Under the pieces are notes generated by a model. That model was given only the letters and a program-made list of their open reading frames with translations. It searched no databases and was not told where the DNA came from. A program made the position numbers and the translations under genes. Below are positions 12,508 to 25,667 of a stretch of DNA of 64,000 bases, one piece after another. This DNA comes from Octopus vulgaris (taxonomy: Eukaryota), in NCBI GenBank assembly GCA_951406725.2, contig OX597815.1, positions 191,146,001-191,210,000 of the forward strand, read 5' to 3'. Within the stretch, counting starts at the first letter, position 1. The number at the start of each line of letters is the position of its first letter.

Positions 12508-12703
12508 GTGTGTGTGTGTGTGTGAGTGCATGCATAGTGTTTAAGGGAGTGAATAGGGTGGGGTTAAAAGATAAAGAAAGACAGAGAAAGTGAAAGTAAT
12601 TTTTGTTTCACTTTCTCTGTGTTCTCTGTCTTTATCTTTTAACCCCACCCCACCCTATTCACTCCCTTAAACACTATGCATGCACTCACACACACACACA
12701 CAC
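12508..12703. repeat. Long near-perfect inverted repeat (~90-bp arms, 10-nt spacer)
   Basis: gagtgcatgcatagtgtttaagggagtgaatagggtggggttaaaagataaag...gaaagtgaaa is mirrored by tttcactttc...ctttatcttttaacccc...ccctattcactcccttaaacactatgcatgcactc. Confidence 0.9.
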
Positions 12704-13078
12704 TTGCATACACTTTAATATTCACTCACTCAATTATTTTCTTAATAGCTCTCCGAACATATGTGAAAAAAACAAAATCAAGCAATACAGTTGTAATATA
12801 AAATACAAAATAGATATATAAAAGCAGTTAAAAAAAAATACTATTTTTTGTTCCTATCATTTGACCCAACTTTGTACTATTGCAATTTATATGCTATTAC
12901 ATGCTTGATAAACATTTTAGCAGTCTTCACTTAATATTGATAATTTTCCATTATAATACAACTGAGAATGAAAGACTTGTTAACTTGAAGAATGGAGAGG
13001 AGGAACAGAATTAAATATTACCATACATTCTTTTATGTGTTGTACTTGTTATTATTATTATTGTTGTTATTGTTATTG

Positions 13079-13714
13079 AGGCAGTGAACAGGCAGAATTA
13101 TTAGTGCACCAGACAAAATGCTTAGCAACATTTCTTCCAGCATTTAACATTCTGAGTTCAAATTCCACTGCGGTTGATTTTTGCCTTTCCCACTTTCCAA
13201 TAAGTACCAGTTGACCACTGGGCCCCCTACCCCAAAATTTCAGACCTTGTACCTACAGCAGAAAGTGAGGTGGCAGAATTGTTACCACACTGGACAAACT
13301 GCTTGGTAACGCTTTTCCCACCTGAACGTTTTAATTTCCATTTCCACCTAGGTCGACTTTGCCTTTCATCTTTTGGGGGTCAACAAAATAAGAACCAGTC
13401 AAGCACTGGGGTCGATGAAGTCAACTAGTTCCCTCCCCCAAAATTTCATTATTATTATTATTATTATCATCATCATCATCATCATCATTAAGGTGGTGAG
13501 TTGGCTGAGTCGTTGGCTGAGTCGTTAGCACGCCAGGCAAAATGCTAAGTGACATTTCATCTGTTGCTACATTCTGAGTTTAAATTCCGCCGAGGTCGAC
13601 TTTGCCTTTCATCCTTTCAGGGTCAATAAATTAAGTATCAGTCAAGCACTGGGGTTGATGAAATCAACTAAACCCATCCCCCAAATTTCAGGCCTTGCGC
13701 CTTCAGTAGAAAGG

Positions 13715-13715
<1 letters not shown>
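13079..13715 (+). mobile_element. Three tandem family B SINEs (older tail variant) embedded in (ATT)n
   Basis: Repeated ggcagaat.gtta..ac...gagttcaaattcc...ctttgcctttc...aagtaccag...aaatttcag.ccttg. Confidence 0.8.
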
Positions 13716-13755
<40 letters not shown>

Positions 13756-14571
13756 CATCATTATAAATCTTGAATATTTAATAAACTGTCTGAATGCAAT
13801 ACAGAATAATGAAATAAAATTGCAATTCTGCTGCCAAAGATTATTAAGTCTGCCAAGTTTCTCAGCATGATAGAAATACATACACACACACACACATATA
13901 TATATATAAGATGTGCTAATAGTTATGGAAGAAGTAGTGAAAGTAAAAGAATGGTTTCTGCACATGATTGTAACTGTATATAACACTTGACATTTCACTT
14001 GTATTTTAACCAATATTCATGAATTGGTGAAACCAGATTCGCTTACTTGTTAACAATCATTATGAGTTTAACAAGTTGAATTACAATAGCTTGTATGGCG
14101 TAGTTATTTATTTAACTACTTTTTTTTTATGGTTATTTGTAACGTTACTCAATATTAGTTGGAGTATCTACCTGTATAATCAAAATATTAATAAAGTGGA
14201 TGAAAAAATACACACACACACACACACATATTCTTACACGCATGCACGCACAAATGAATAATTCTTCTTAGTTTCTTATGTTTAGCTAAGTAAGAAATAT
14301 GATGTGATATTTGATTATTCTTATGTCGCAGAAGAAAAATATAACGGTAATGCCATTAGTGAAATTCTACTTTGGTTTTTCTAGCGGAACATTGTGATGG
14401 TTAATTAACAAATATTTCTTCTTTTTTTTTTAAGCTTAAAAATGTTTAACATTATGGAGTTTATCTGAGAAGTTTTATTTTGATATGGTTGGGTTTTTTT
14501 TACACGTGAATTTTTGAAATGTTTATCTTTTGAAATTTTCTTGCTTCTTTATTTCATTAGCTAAGCTGTTT

Positions 14572-14611
<40 letters not shown>

Positions 14612-15909
14612 TATATGTATATAGTTTAAAAAAGAAAAAGAAACATTTATTAGTAAACAAAAGTGGTACAGCCCCTTTTAAGTTGAGGAAGTTTGAATTT
14701 GTGTTTTTTTTAATTTGGTTAATTGTAGGTCCTATATTACTATTATATGAGAGCGTTTTGAGAGGATTTTACTCTTTTACTCACCGATACAGTTTGTGTA
14801 ACCATTCTGTCTTGAATTACGATATTAGATTGTGCAGGACTTGAGCTGTGCTGGAGTATTTCTCTTTCCAAAAGAAATAAACTTTAGTTATTGTTGTGGT
14901 TTTTTTTTCCTTTTGCTTTTTTTTTTATTGTTGTTGTTGTTGTTTCTATTGATAGTAAAGATACAAAAACAACAGCCGCAGTAGCAGTGGTAATCTCAGG
15001 AGGGAGGCGGGGGTTTATGTAATTTGCAGTCGTAGTAGTTCTTATAATGATTCCCGTTCACTCTCTGCTGGTAAGGTGAATACCTTTTTAATGTCACTCA
15101 TATTCTCTCTTAATCCTTCTTCCCAAATATGGCTTCACTAAATATAGAACTTTTTACTCTGCTTACTACAGTTCTTTCATAGCTGCTGCCGCCATAATTT
15201 TTGTTGTACCAACTACTTTTCACAGCAACCCCTGAAGAACTGCTAACTTTATACCAATCATTTAGAAATAAGTTATGAATACCCATTTGTTCTTTACTTC
15301 CTTAATGAATTCACTTACTGTAGTCTTGAATAAATGCTTTATTTAAGATTCTCAAGGAAAGAAAAAGAAAAAAAGGTCCAGTAATTTGCACTAATTATCT
15401 CTATATCTTCACATGTTTCGGCCTTTTGGCACCATTTATTTGTATTGTTATTAGTCAAAGACGTAATACATTTACTTATTGAGTGTCCAAAAATTAGCAT
15501 TTTCAACTTAACCTTGTTTTATTTAGTTTTTATTCTTTGTTTATAAAGGATTTTATATTTACATTTCCCATTATTAAACAGAAAACAAAAGCTTTCTCCT
15601 TTATAAGGTTACAATCAACAATATTTTAAGAATTCTATTGTGCAGATATCAGAACAATAAACATTTCAAGATGTGACCAGAATATATTGGAGATGTCATT
15701 TGAATATCTCTCTTAAGTTTACACTGAATAAAAAGTTTGTTTATATAGGATTTTGTGATTCTGTGATAAATTCTTATGGACAACTTGTTTTGAAATTATA
15801 AAAATGTATAACAGCAATTTTGACGTTTTATTTACTTCTTAAGTCTGCGGATAAAATTTCATTTAAATAAATAGACAAATAAAAATACATTTTGTGAAAA
15901 TTTTATGTA

Positions 15910-16383
15910 CTTATTTGGCAAGTGTCTTCTACTATAGATGTATGGTGACCAAGGCCTTGCAAGTGGATTTAGTAGGTGGGAACCTGTCATATAAATGTGT
16001 GTGTGTGACTTTGTGTCTGTGTTTATCCACACCACTGCTGGACAACTGGTATTGGTGTTTAGATACCCGTAACTTAGTGGTTCAGCAAAAGAGTCTAATA
16101 ATAAAAGTTCAAGACTTCAAAAAATAAGTGATTCATTTGCTTAAAAATTCTTCAAGACAGTGCTCCAGCATGGCTACAGTCTAATGACTGAAACAATAAA
16201 AGATAGAAGACATTGTATGAAAATATTTTGTGGCTGTGGTAAGTAGCTTGCTAACCAACCACATGGTTCCGGGTTCAGTCCCACTGCGTGGCATCTTGGG
16301 CAAGTGTCTTCTGTTATAGCCCCGGGCCAACCAATGCCTTGTGAATGGATTTGGTAGATGGAAACTGAAAGAAGCCTGTCGTA

Positions 16384-16422
<39 letters not shown>

Positions 16423-16612
16423 ATGTGTGTGTGTCTGTGTTTGTCCCCCTAGCATTGCTTGACAACCGATGCTGGTGTGTTTACGTCCCCGTAACTTAGC
16501 GGTTCAGCAAAAGAGACCGGTAGAATAAGTACTGGGCTTACAAAGAATAAGTCCCAGGCGGTGCTCCAGCATGGCCGTAGTCAAATGACTGAAACAAGTA
16601 AAAGAGTAAAAG
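15910..16612 (+). mobile_element. Two SINE A copies (partial 15910-16208; 16230-16612)
   Basis: Family A motifs. Confidence 0.85.
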
Positions 16613-16698
16613 CCATTAACTATTTGGATAACTCTGCTTTTCTTGAATTCCAAAAAGGAAATAAAAGTTCATCTTCTTTTCATTAATTCTGTTCTCGT

Positions 16699-17083
16699 TT
16701 ACTCTTTTACTTGTTTCAGTCATTTCACTGCAGCCATGCTGGAGCACCACCTTTAGTCAAACAAACTGACCCCAGGACTTATTCTTTGTAAGCCTAATAC
16801 TTATTCTATCGGTCTCTTTTGCTGAACTGCTAAGTTACAGGAACATAAACACACCAACATTGGTTGTCAAGTGATGGTGGGAGGACAAACACAAACACAC
16901 ATGCACGCACACACACACATATGATGGGCTTCTTTCAGTTTCCATCTACCAAATCCCATCACAAGGCTTTGGTCAGTCCGAGGCTATAGTAGAAGACGCT
17001 TGCCCAAGGTGCCACACAGTGGGAGTGAACTCAGAACCATGTGGTTGGTAAGCAAGCTACTTACCACACAGCCACTCCTGCAC
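16699..17083 (-). mobile_element. SINE family A, inverted relative to the copy ending ~90 bp upstream
   Basis: Family A motifs on the minus strand. Confidence 0.85.
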
Positions 17084-17267
17084 GTCCTAAACCTCAAGAA
17101 ATTTATTTCAAACAACTTATGCAACTGGAAGTCACTGGAAAACAGAGCAATATCTGTGCAAGTTATTTCATTATTGTCATCTTTGAAATTGCAACCATCC
17201 TAAAAATCCTTGGTATCTACTCTAAAAAATAATGAAAATGAATTTTTTAAAACAATTTTGATCTTCG

Positions 17268-17430
17268 ATTAGATTGACCTCAGTATGCAACTGGTACTTA
17301 ATTTATTGACCCCAAAAGGATGAAAGGCAAAATTGACCTCGGCAAAATTTAAATTCAGAACGTAAAGACAAACAAAATATTGCTAAGCATTTCACCCAGC
17401 GTGCTAACATTTCTGCCAGCTCGCCGCCTT
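17268..17430 (-). mobile_element. SINE family B, partial
   Basis: ctggtacttaatttattgaccccaaaaggatgaaaggcaaa...ctgccagctcgccgcc. Confidence 0.8.
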
Positions 17431-18278
17431 AAATGAAATCAAATATTGACAAAGGATCAATACTATATTAGAGAATTTGCTTGCCAGGAGAATGTATTTT
17501 CTGTACAGTGTTTGAACATTAAAACTTCCAATACTATACTCTACATTGGTGAATCTTACATAATATATTCTCAATAGTTAAAGGGGGCTAATTTCATTTA
17601 CTCTAGATTTTGGTTTCTTGACTAAATCTATGATAAATATCTGGAATTGAAAGATCTTTTACATTACTAAATGATTTGTTTATTTTTTATATACAATTAA
17701 AACAGCATTTTTTTTATATATAAAAATTTCAATGAGATTACAAGATTTTTATGACTATTTAAATTAAGTGCAGCAATTTCGTGGATTTGTTAAACTGATT
17801 CTTAAATATTTTTTGATTGAGAACATTTTTTAAAATTAAGGATCAAGTGACTAAAGTAGGTTTTAAAAAAATGATTTAAGAATCTTTTTTTTTTTTTACA
17901 GTCTATAATCTATTCTAAAAATCAGTCACTTAAATTTCTTTGTTTAATGAGGTTCACAAATTAGAAGGATTAAATTTGAATAAAGTGGAATGTCTAGAAC
18001 ACTGATATTTTGTATGAAGAAATTCTATATACATGATACACCATGATTCTTGTCTAACATGGAATTTGAGCTTATCCAAATTTGTGAAATTAAATTAATG
18101 GAAAGATTTTATAATTCAAAAGATTAAAAAAACTTTCCAGTTTTAAACAGAAATTTCAACTCAGATTCAAAATAATGGTCTCTAATAAAAGCACAGGACC
18201 ACAAATTTGAGGGGAGAGTAAAGTTAACTAAATCAACATAGGGTATCTACAACTACATTATTTCTTGTATCTTCTTGT

Positions 18279-18503
18279 TTAACCCTTTAGCATTCAGATT
18301 ACCCTATCAAAACGGTAATGCTTATTTATTCACATTGTTTTAAATTAATCATATGTTACCGCATCGCTTCAAGATTTTGATCACGTGATTGTTTATTTTC
18401 ATAATGACATTGCAGGGTAAGTGTGAGAGGCTAGATCTGGCTTGTTTGAACATAGAACAAGTAAAATATTTAAGTCAGATATGGTCAGTGTTAAAGAAGG
18501 TTG
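18279..18503. mobile_element. piggyBac-like MITE, same family as 8065-8254
   Basis: ttaaccctttagcattcagattac start; body aligns with the 8065 copy. Confidence 0.6.
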
Positions 18504-18789
18504 GATATGATATAAAATACATTTCATTGCTACTGTTTTGGGATTGATAAATATACTGCCAATCAAATACTGGATTGATTTAATCCCAGTAAGATCTCTG
18601 GAACTGTTTGATAGTAACCAAATATTTTTCATAACATATCCAACCTTCTTAAAACAAGAATTCACATTAAATAATGATGTCATAGATACACTGTGGCAAT
18701 TTAGATAATCTTACCTTTCCTCAAAAATGTGGACCTTGTCAGGCATTAGAATTTTGAATCTAGAGATTTCCTTTTATTTTATTTTTTAA

Positions 18790-19140
18790 ATTTGTTTCGG
18801 TCATTAGACTACAGCCATGCTGGAGCACTGAACTGAAGAATTTTTAGTTGAATAAATCAACCACAGTTTTTATATTTTTTAAAATCTCGTATTTATTCTA
18901 TCAGGCTCTTTTGCCAAACCGCTAGGTCATAGGGATGTAAACACACTAACACAGGTTGTCAAGGAGTGAGTGATAAACACAGACACAAGACACACAGATA
19001 TATATATATGTGTATATATATATATATATATATGATGGGCTTCTTTCAGTTTCCATCTACCAAATACACTCTCAAGACTTTGGTCAGTTTACGGCTATCT
19101 GGAACCATGTGGTTAGGAAGCAAACTTCTTACCACTGCCT
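18790..19140 (-). mobile_element. SINE family A, degraded
   Basis: Family A motifs. Confidence 0.75.
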
Positions 19141-19681
19141 CTGTTTCCAAATTTTAAATTGTTTTCCAATCTTTTGAATAATTAAATTTTTCCTTCAATT
19201 ATTACATATTTAGTTTGGTTCCAGATCTGTTTGAAAAGGGGGCAGAGCTATAAGAAATTGAATCAACACCTGTGTAAATCTGGTACCTGTTTTATCAATA
19301 GCAGAAAGCCAAATCCAATTCACTGTGGTGGAATATAAATTAAGAATATTGGAGAACAAATTAAACATGTTTGAATGCAGTGTTCTGTTGTGTCTGCTAA
19401 ATCATTTATACTGAATTTAATCATTTAATGTCATTTCCCATCAATTTCTTACACTCAAATAAATCCATCTATCACAACTGTAATGCATGTCATAAACAAA
19501 TAAATCACACATTGTACAGCTTCCAGAAATATTTACATTAATTAAACCACTGATTCTCAAACGGTGCACAGTGGTGTCTTGGTGTGTCACTTTGGAGTAC
19601 CTAAGAATCCCTCAAATTTTTAAAAAATGTAGTAAAGGCTTTAGAAAAGACATATACATCTTGAGCACCTTGGAAACATGT

Positions 19682-20053
19682 ATTCTTTTATTTGTTTCAG
19701 TCATTTGACTGTGGCCATGCTAGAGCATCGCCTTTAGTCGAACAAATCGACCCCAAGACTTATATTTTTTTGTAAGCCTAGTACTTATTGTATCAGTCTC
19801 TTTTGCCGAACTGCTAAGTTACGGGGACGCAAACACACCAGCATCGGTTGTCAAGCGATGTTGGGAGGAGAAACACAGACACACACACGACAGGCTTCTT
19901 TCAGTTTCTATCTACCAAATCTACTCACAAGGCTTTGGTTGGCCCGAGGCTATAGTTGAAGACACTTGTCCAAGGTGCCACACAGTGGGACTGAACCTGG
20001 AACCAGGTGGCTGGTAAGCAAGCTACTTAGCACACAGCCACTCCTGCACCTAT
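19682..20053 (-). mobile_element. SINE family A
   Basis: Family A motifs from head to tail. Confidence 0.85.
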
Positions 20054-21583
20054 GTAGGTCATTATTTTGTCATACACAAGTATGATTAAATAAAATGAGG
20101 GCAAGTAATAGTTTTTTCCTGTTGTTTTCTGAATTTTTAATGCCTCTTGGTGTCATATTTCTGATGAAATATGCCATCTTTGTTTCAATTAATTTTGAAA
20201 ATAATGAAGCATTGTCGTTATTAGTCTGGAACATAAATTAACATGAAATTTTGAGAAGAATTTAAATCACTTTAAAAGGGGAATTTTGCATAATTAAATC
20301 AAGGATGGCCTCAGATAGTTTGCTACCAAAGGGGTTGAAACATAATATATCCTTTTTAACATCCATGCCGTGTACCAGTAATTTGTCTCATTTCATCTCC
20401 AGAACCACTTTTTTAAGTTGTAAATTAAGGAGCTTGTACATAGTCACTCCAATTACAAGAAATAGCAGCCAAATTTCATGTGTATCCTACCCAGTTATCT
20501 TGAAAATCAGAGAACATATGTATTATAGTCACAGATATATAAAAGATATATATGCAAAAAATAAAATAAAATAAAATGATCATAGGCCTACTTGATTACA
20601 GCTGACTTTGGTTTAAATAATAAAAAAATAACACTTGCTTGCTTAAAGCTATCCATCAATGTTGATGATGATGTTATTCTCTGGGAGTCTTATTCCACAT
20701 TTTGTGAGTTGATAGATGTGAAAACAGTCCAATCCTGGAATGGCAGGTCCTTGAATGCAGATGACAAGGGGAGTTGCCCATTATGTTGTTGGTGAGTCTG
20801 AGATGACACTGACGTCTCTTTTTCTCAAGTTTTCAATGTCGTATTAGTTCAAAGTGTGCAGCTCCTTCGTCGCAGAGGGAGCCCCAGGTATGCCAGTTCT
20901 GAGCAAAGTGTTAACGTTGGGCCGGTTGAATGCTGCAGAAGTTGAGGACAAACTTAAGATGGTCCCTGACTCTCTTCTTGAGTCCCCCCCGTATGAGCAA
21001 ACACCAGTTGGTCGCTCTCAGAAATAACAATAACAAGCTGTATGTAAAAAATTCTTCTGTAGCATATGGAATATTATGGATGGATGAATAGATGGATGGA
21101 CGCATGGATGGAGAGACTGAACAAGTATTATCTCTAATTGAAGGATATCTCCGTTAAGGAGATAGTCTATTGATTTTTATTTATCATACTTAACATAAAG
21201 GAAATATTACAAAAACAAAACATACATCAGAATATATTAAGCGAATAGCACAGTATCTTATTTTATTATGAATTCACTAATGTAACAGGTGTGTGTGTAT
21301 GTGTGTTTATGTAAAGCATCTTAAGCTACCTGCTGATCGTGACAGGACACCAATTACCTTATGGTGTGAGAAGCATGAGTTTGTGACCAGAGAAGATATA
21401 TTTAATGTATATATATATTGGCCTTAATGTGTATGAAATTATATAAAACTCTTGCAATTAATTTAGAAATACACCTGACTTACTTGTTTTGTTGGTAGAA
21501 TATTGCACAACCATAAATAGTAAATGTAACTGACACATTAAGACATTAAGTGATATTTCAGGAGCCGCCATTTTCCTATGTTA

Positions 21584-22283
21584 CAGGAGTGGTGTGTGGT
21601 AAGCAGCTTGCTTACCAACCTCATGGTTCCAGGTTCAGATCCACTGCATGGCACTTTGGGCAAGTGTCTTCTACTATAGCCTTGGACCGACCAAAGCCTT
21701 GTGAGTGGATTGTGTAGACAGAAACTGAAAGAAGCCCATCGTATATATGTACATGTGTATGTGTTTGTGTGTCTGTGTTTGTCTCCGCAACATCGCTTAC
21801 AACCGATGTTGGTGTGTTTACATCCCCGTAACTTAGCAATTCAGCAGAAGAGACCGATAGAATAAGTACTAGGCTTACAAAGAATAAGTCCTAAGGTTGA
21901 TTTGTTCAGCTGAAGGCAGTGCTCCAGCATGGCTGCAGTCAAATGACTGAAACAAGTAAAAAGAATACAGAGAGTAAAGGCATGTGGTTTAGTGGTTAGG
22001 GTGTTCACCTCATGATGTTCACCTCATAAGGTTATGAGTTCAATTGCTGGCAGTTCACTGTGTCTTTAAGCAAGATACTTTAATCCACTTTGCCCCAGTC
22101 CACCCAGCTAGCAAAATTGAGCTATACCTGTATTTCAAAGGGCCAGCTTTGTCACACTCATGCTGGATCTTCCTAAGGATACATGTGTTTGTGGTGTGCT
22201 CAGCCACTTGCATGTTAATTTCATGATCAGGCTGTTCCATTGATGAAATCAACTGGAACCTTCATCTTTGTAACTGGAGTGCA
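21584..22283 (+). mobile_element. SINE A (21584-21966) followed by SINE C (21977-22283)
   Basis: Diagnostic motifs of both families. Confidence 0.8.
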
Positions 22284-23324
22284 AATAATGTGTAGTGGAA
22301 TATATATATAGTCAGTACAAGGTGTTGGTGTGGCTATGTGTATGTTATTATAAGAGTTCATATAGACATGAAAGAATAAATTCAAGACCTATATATTTAC
22401 TACATAAAAATATATTTTATTTACTGGTCGATGATGATTACATAGAATCAAAATGTAGAATCCAATTGAATGAAGTAATCTATGCAAGAAAGTTCAGAGA
22501 TAGAAAATGTAGAAATAACAGCTAAGTGGTGGTTTTCAGTCTTGTAGCATAGAAAAATAGAGGGACATAGCAATGACATGAATGACTCTAAGTCTAATCA
22601 ACTAAGAAGCAAAGAGCTGGGTTAGCAAGCTGTTTTTATTAATGGAACATTAGACATTCTAGCCACTTCCAAGAGAAACACTAAGCTTCTTGAATAATTA
22701 AGAATCATGTCTCATGACACAGATGTTTCAAGAAACTTAGAAAAGTGAGGTTACTCTATGATCTTTCTTGCAAGGGAGATCATTCAACTATTTATCTACC
22801 TACACCACTACAAATGTTTCATATTCAAAAGAAATATTTCACACAATAGTAACTAAAACAATATAGCATGTAATATATTAGCTTCTCGAAAACTCAAAAA
22901 TACTGTTGACTTCACTTGACCATAAATTATTTGTTGTCAAAATTCTCAGCACACCAACTGCAACCTGGTCACTAACGCAACTCTAATGTGTCTCTCAATC
23001 ACATCAGTGAGCAGGTCACAATTGGTGTGATGAAAATGTTGGCACCAAATAATAAATGTTTAATGGTTTGCTAAGTTTTAAGTGAAATTCAACGAGTCTG
23101 AATAAACCATAACAGGCAAAACTTAGGGCAGCAAGCTGGCAGACAAAATGGTTATCAGTATTTCTTCTGGTTCTTTCTGTTGGGTTCAAATACTGCCAAG
23201 GTCAACTTTGCTTTTCATCTTTTAGAGGTTGATAAAATAAAATACCAACTAAATACTGGGATCAATGTGATCGACCAGCCCCCACCTCCCCCTAAAATTG
23301 CTGCTCTTGTGCCAAAATTTGAAC

Positions 23325-23536
23325 CATTTAGTTCTTTTGATACCAACCTACCTGAGACCACCTCCAGTTCTATGATATAAAATTCCTCCTTTAAAGGGAT
23401 CTAAATTCAACCCTTCCATTAAAATTTCCAAGCACCTGCTTAATAATAGCAGTTATTTTATTAAATTCTTCATTATTTTCAAAACTATTTGAAACAAAGG
23501 CAGTATTTCAATAGAAACATGGTAACAAAAAGTTAA
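23325..23536. mobile_element. Degraded TTAA-type MITE; inverted relative at ~20165-20338
   Basis: cttttgatacca...aaattcttcattattttcaaaac..ttgaaacaaaggcag...ggtaacaaaaagttaa matches the reverse of tgccatctttgtttcaattaattttgaaaataatgaa...taccaaaggggtt. Confidence 0.5.
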
Positions 23537-23640
23537 CGGCAAAATTTGAGGTTCTAATCAATAACTTTTAATTTACTAAATCTGTAGAATCTCACCAGCA
23601 CTAAATGTTTTGTTTTTAGTTGCTCACCAACACCATATAA

Positions 23641-23671
<31 letters not shown>

Positions 23672-25066
23672 CTGTAGAACGTCCCAAAACTAGACATCAG
23701 TATCTAAGCATTGTCCAAGCCTAATTAGATTACCTATGAAGACAACCAAACAGTACCAAAATAAGGGGCCCCCCAAAGACTATAAATAGACAAACACTTT
23801 CTACTTTACAAGAATGAAGACAATCCAGAATATAAGAAATTCACAATTGAACATGACATGTGCATTCCCATCATTAGTTTCCCAAACAGATATCATTATG
23901 GTTTCGACACCATTCAGTCCGGTGGTGTCCACAGTATTAAAAACATACATATTAAAACATATATATATATAAATTGAGATAGGGGTTGTGAGTGCAACCC
24001 ACCATGGGATAACATATATTTATATTTATTTATACTCACTTATACATATTGTACTTATTGTATCATATTACTCATTGATGTGCATTGTTTTGTTCTATAC
24101 TATTATGTTTGACCTTGATGTTCATATGTAGTGGCTTAATAAATTATGTGATTGGGTATTATCTGGTAGTTGATTATTAAGGTGTATTTCTCCATTTTCT
24201 TATTTTGTATATATATATATATATATATATCCACTTGAATCCATGTTGTACGATTTTTGATCACCTAAACAATGAAGCATTTAATTTCTAAGAGTGCACA
24301 ATCACTCAAGAGGTGGCTGTGGCTATGATTTTATGCCTATGTGAATTAAGCATTTGAGAAGAATGGACCTCAAATCTACCACACAACAAAAATATAGAAT
24401 ATTTACAAGTTACCTCCTCTCTCTTTTACACACACACACACAGACACACATACATGTGTGTGTATCTATGTTATACTGATATTTTGTATATTACATGTAT
24501 GTAGACACTGATAGTATTGTGTATCAGTGGTATATCAGGAAAGACAATAACCATTTAAATATCAAATTAAATTGAATTATAAGGAAATAGATTAATTTGT
24601 TTTGTAGCTAGAGAGAAAAATAATGGAAGTGGGTGCGATGAATGCCATGGTAATAGCAGCAGCAGCAGCAGTGGTGGTGGTCATGTTGGGTATGATAATT
24701 ATGACGACACTAAGAAGATCGCCAATGACAACATTAATGCTAACAACGATGATTAAAACAACTACAATAACGATAATGTTGGTCTTGTTTGATGTATAAA
24801 TTTCAAAGTGAATCTTGTAGCTTTGGAAAGATTGAAGTGTCAGGATTAGATGGCATGGCATGCTTTTGGTTTGGTGTCATTCACCACAAGCTTCAAGCCA
24901 TCTGCACTGCAATATATACACATATATATTTCTTAGACTCTTTCAATTGAAAGGAAAACGATGACACTTCACAAAATATTCATTCTTACTGTCGTCTAAT
25001 TTGTCTTACTATTCTTAAAATACAACTTCACATCTTACTCTTCTGTCTGTTATTCCCACTCATCTA

Positions 25067-25106
<40 letters not shown>

Positions 25107-25127
25107 GTATCTGTCTATCTATCTATA

Positions 25128-25355
25128 GGTGAGCTGGCAGAATCGTTAGCACGCCGGGCAAAATGCGTAGCCGTATTTTGTCTGCCGCTACGTTCTGAGT
25201 TCAAATTCCGCCGAGGTCGACTTTGCCTTTCATCCTTTCAGGATCGATAAATTAAGTACCAGTTACGCACTGGGGTCGATGTAACCGACTCAATTCGTTT
25301 GTCTGTCCTTGTTTGTCCTCTCTATGCTTAGCCCCTTGTGGGTAGTAAAGAAATA
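25128..25355 (+). mobile_element. Young SINE family B
   Basis: ggtgagctggcagaatcgttagcacgccgggc...gagttcaaattccgccgaggtcgactttgcctttcatcc...gccccttgtgggtagtaaagaaata. Confidence 0.9.
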
Positions 25356-25667
25356 TATCTATCTATCTATCTATCTGTCTGCCTCTTTTACCCTTTTATT
25401 TGGTTGTGGTTATTTAGATTTTAGGCTTCATATATCAAAATTTATTGCAAATTATTTGTTATAAAAGATTAAAATAAACCATTTTAGTATTCAAAGTAAA
25501 TCAATTATGGATCTATAGTCAACCCATTAATCACCTCCCAAAACTTGACAATTTCTGTAGATTTTATATATCCGCAGCCCAGTTGTAAGAGCTCCATTGG
25601 AGATTTTCTTTTCATGTTGTGTTTCTAGAACAAGTCATCTTGGCAGAGCACATCCCATTCCAAATAT

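Noticed and set aside
18409-18423. Second recursive-splice-like motif ttgcag-g-gtaagt
   Set aside because: Lies inside a multi-copy MITE, has an extra G and lacks a proper pyrimidine tract.
24592-24861. ORF with poly-T/A/I runs and the opposite-strand S/G/D/N-rich frame
   Set aside because: Explained by degenerate trinucleotide repeats; no homology recognised.
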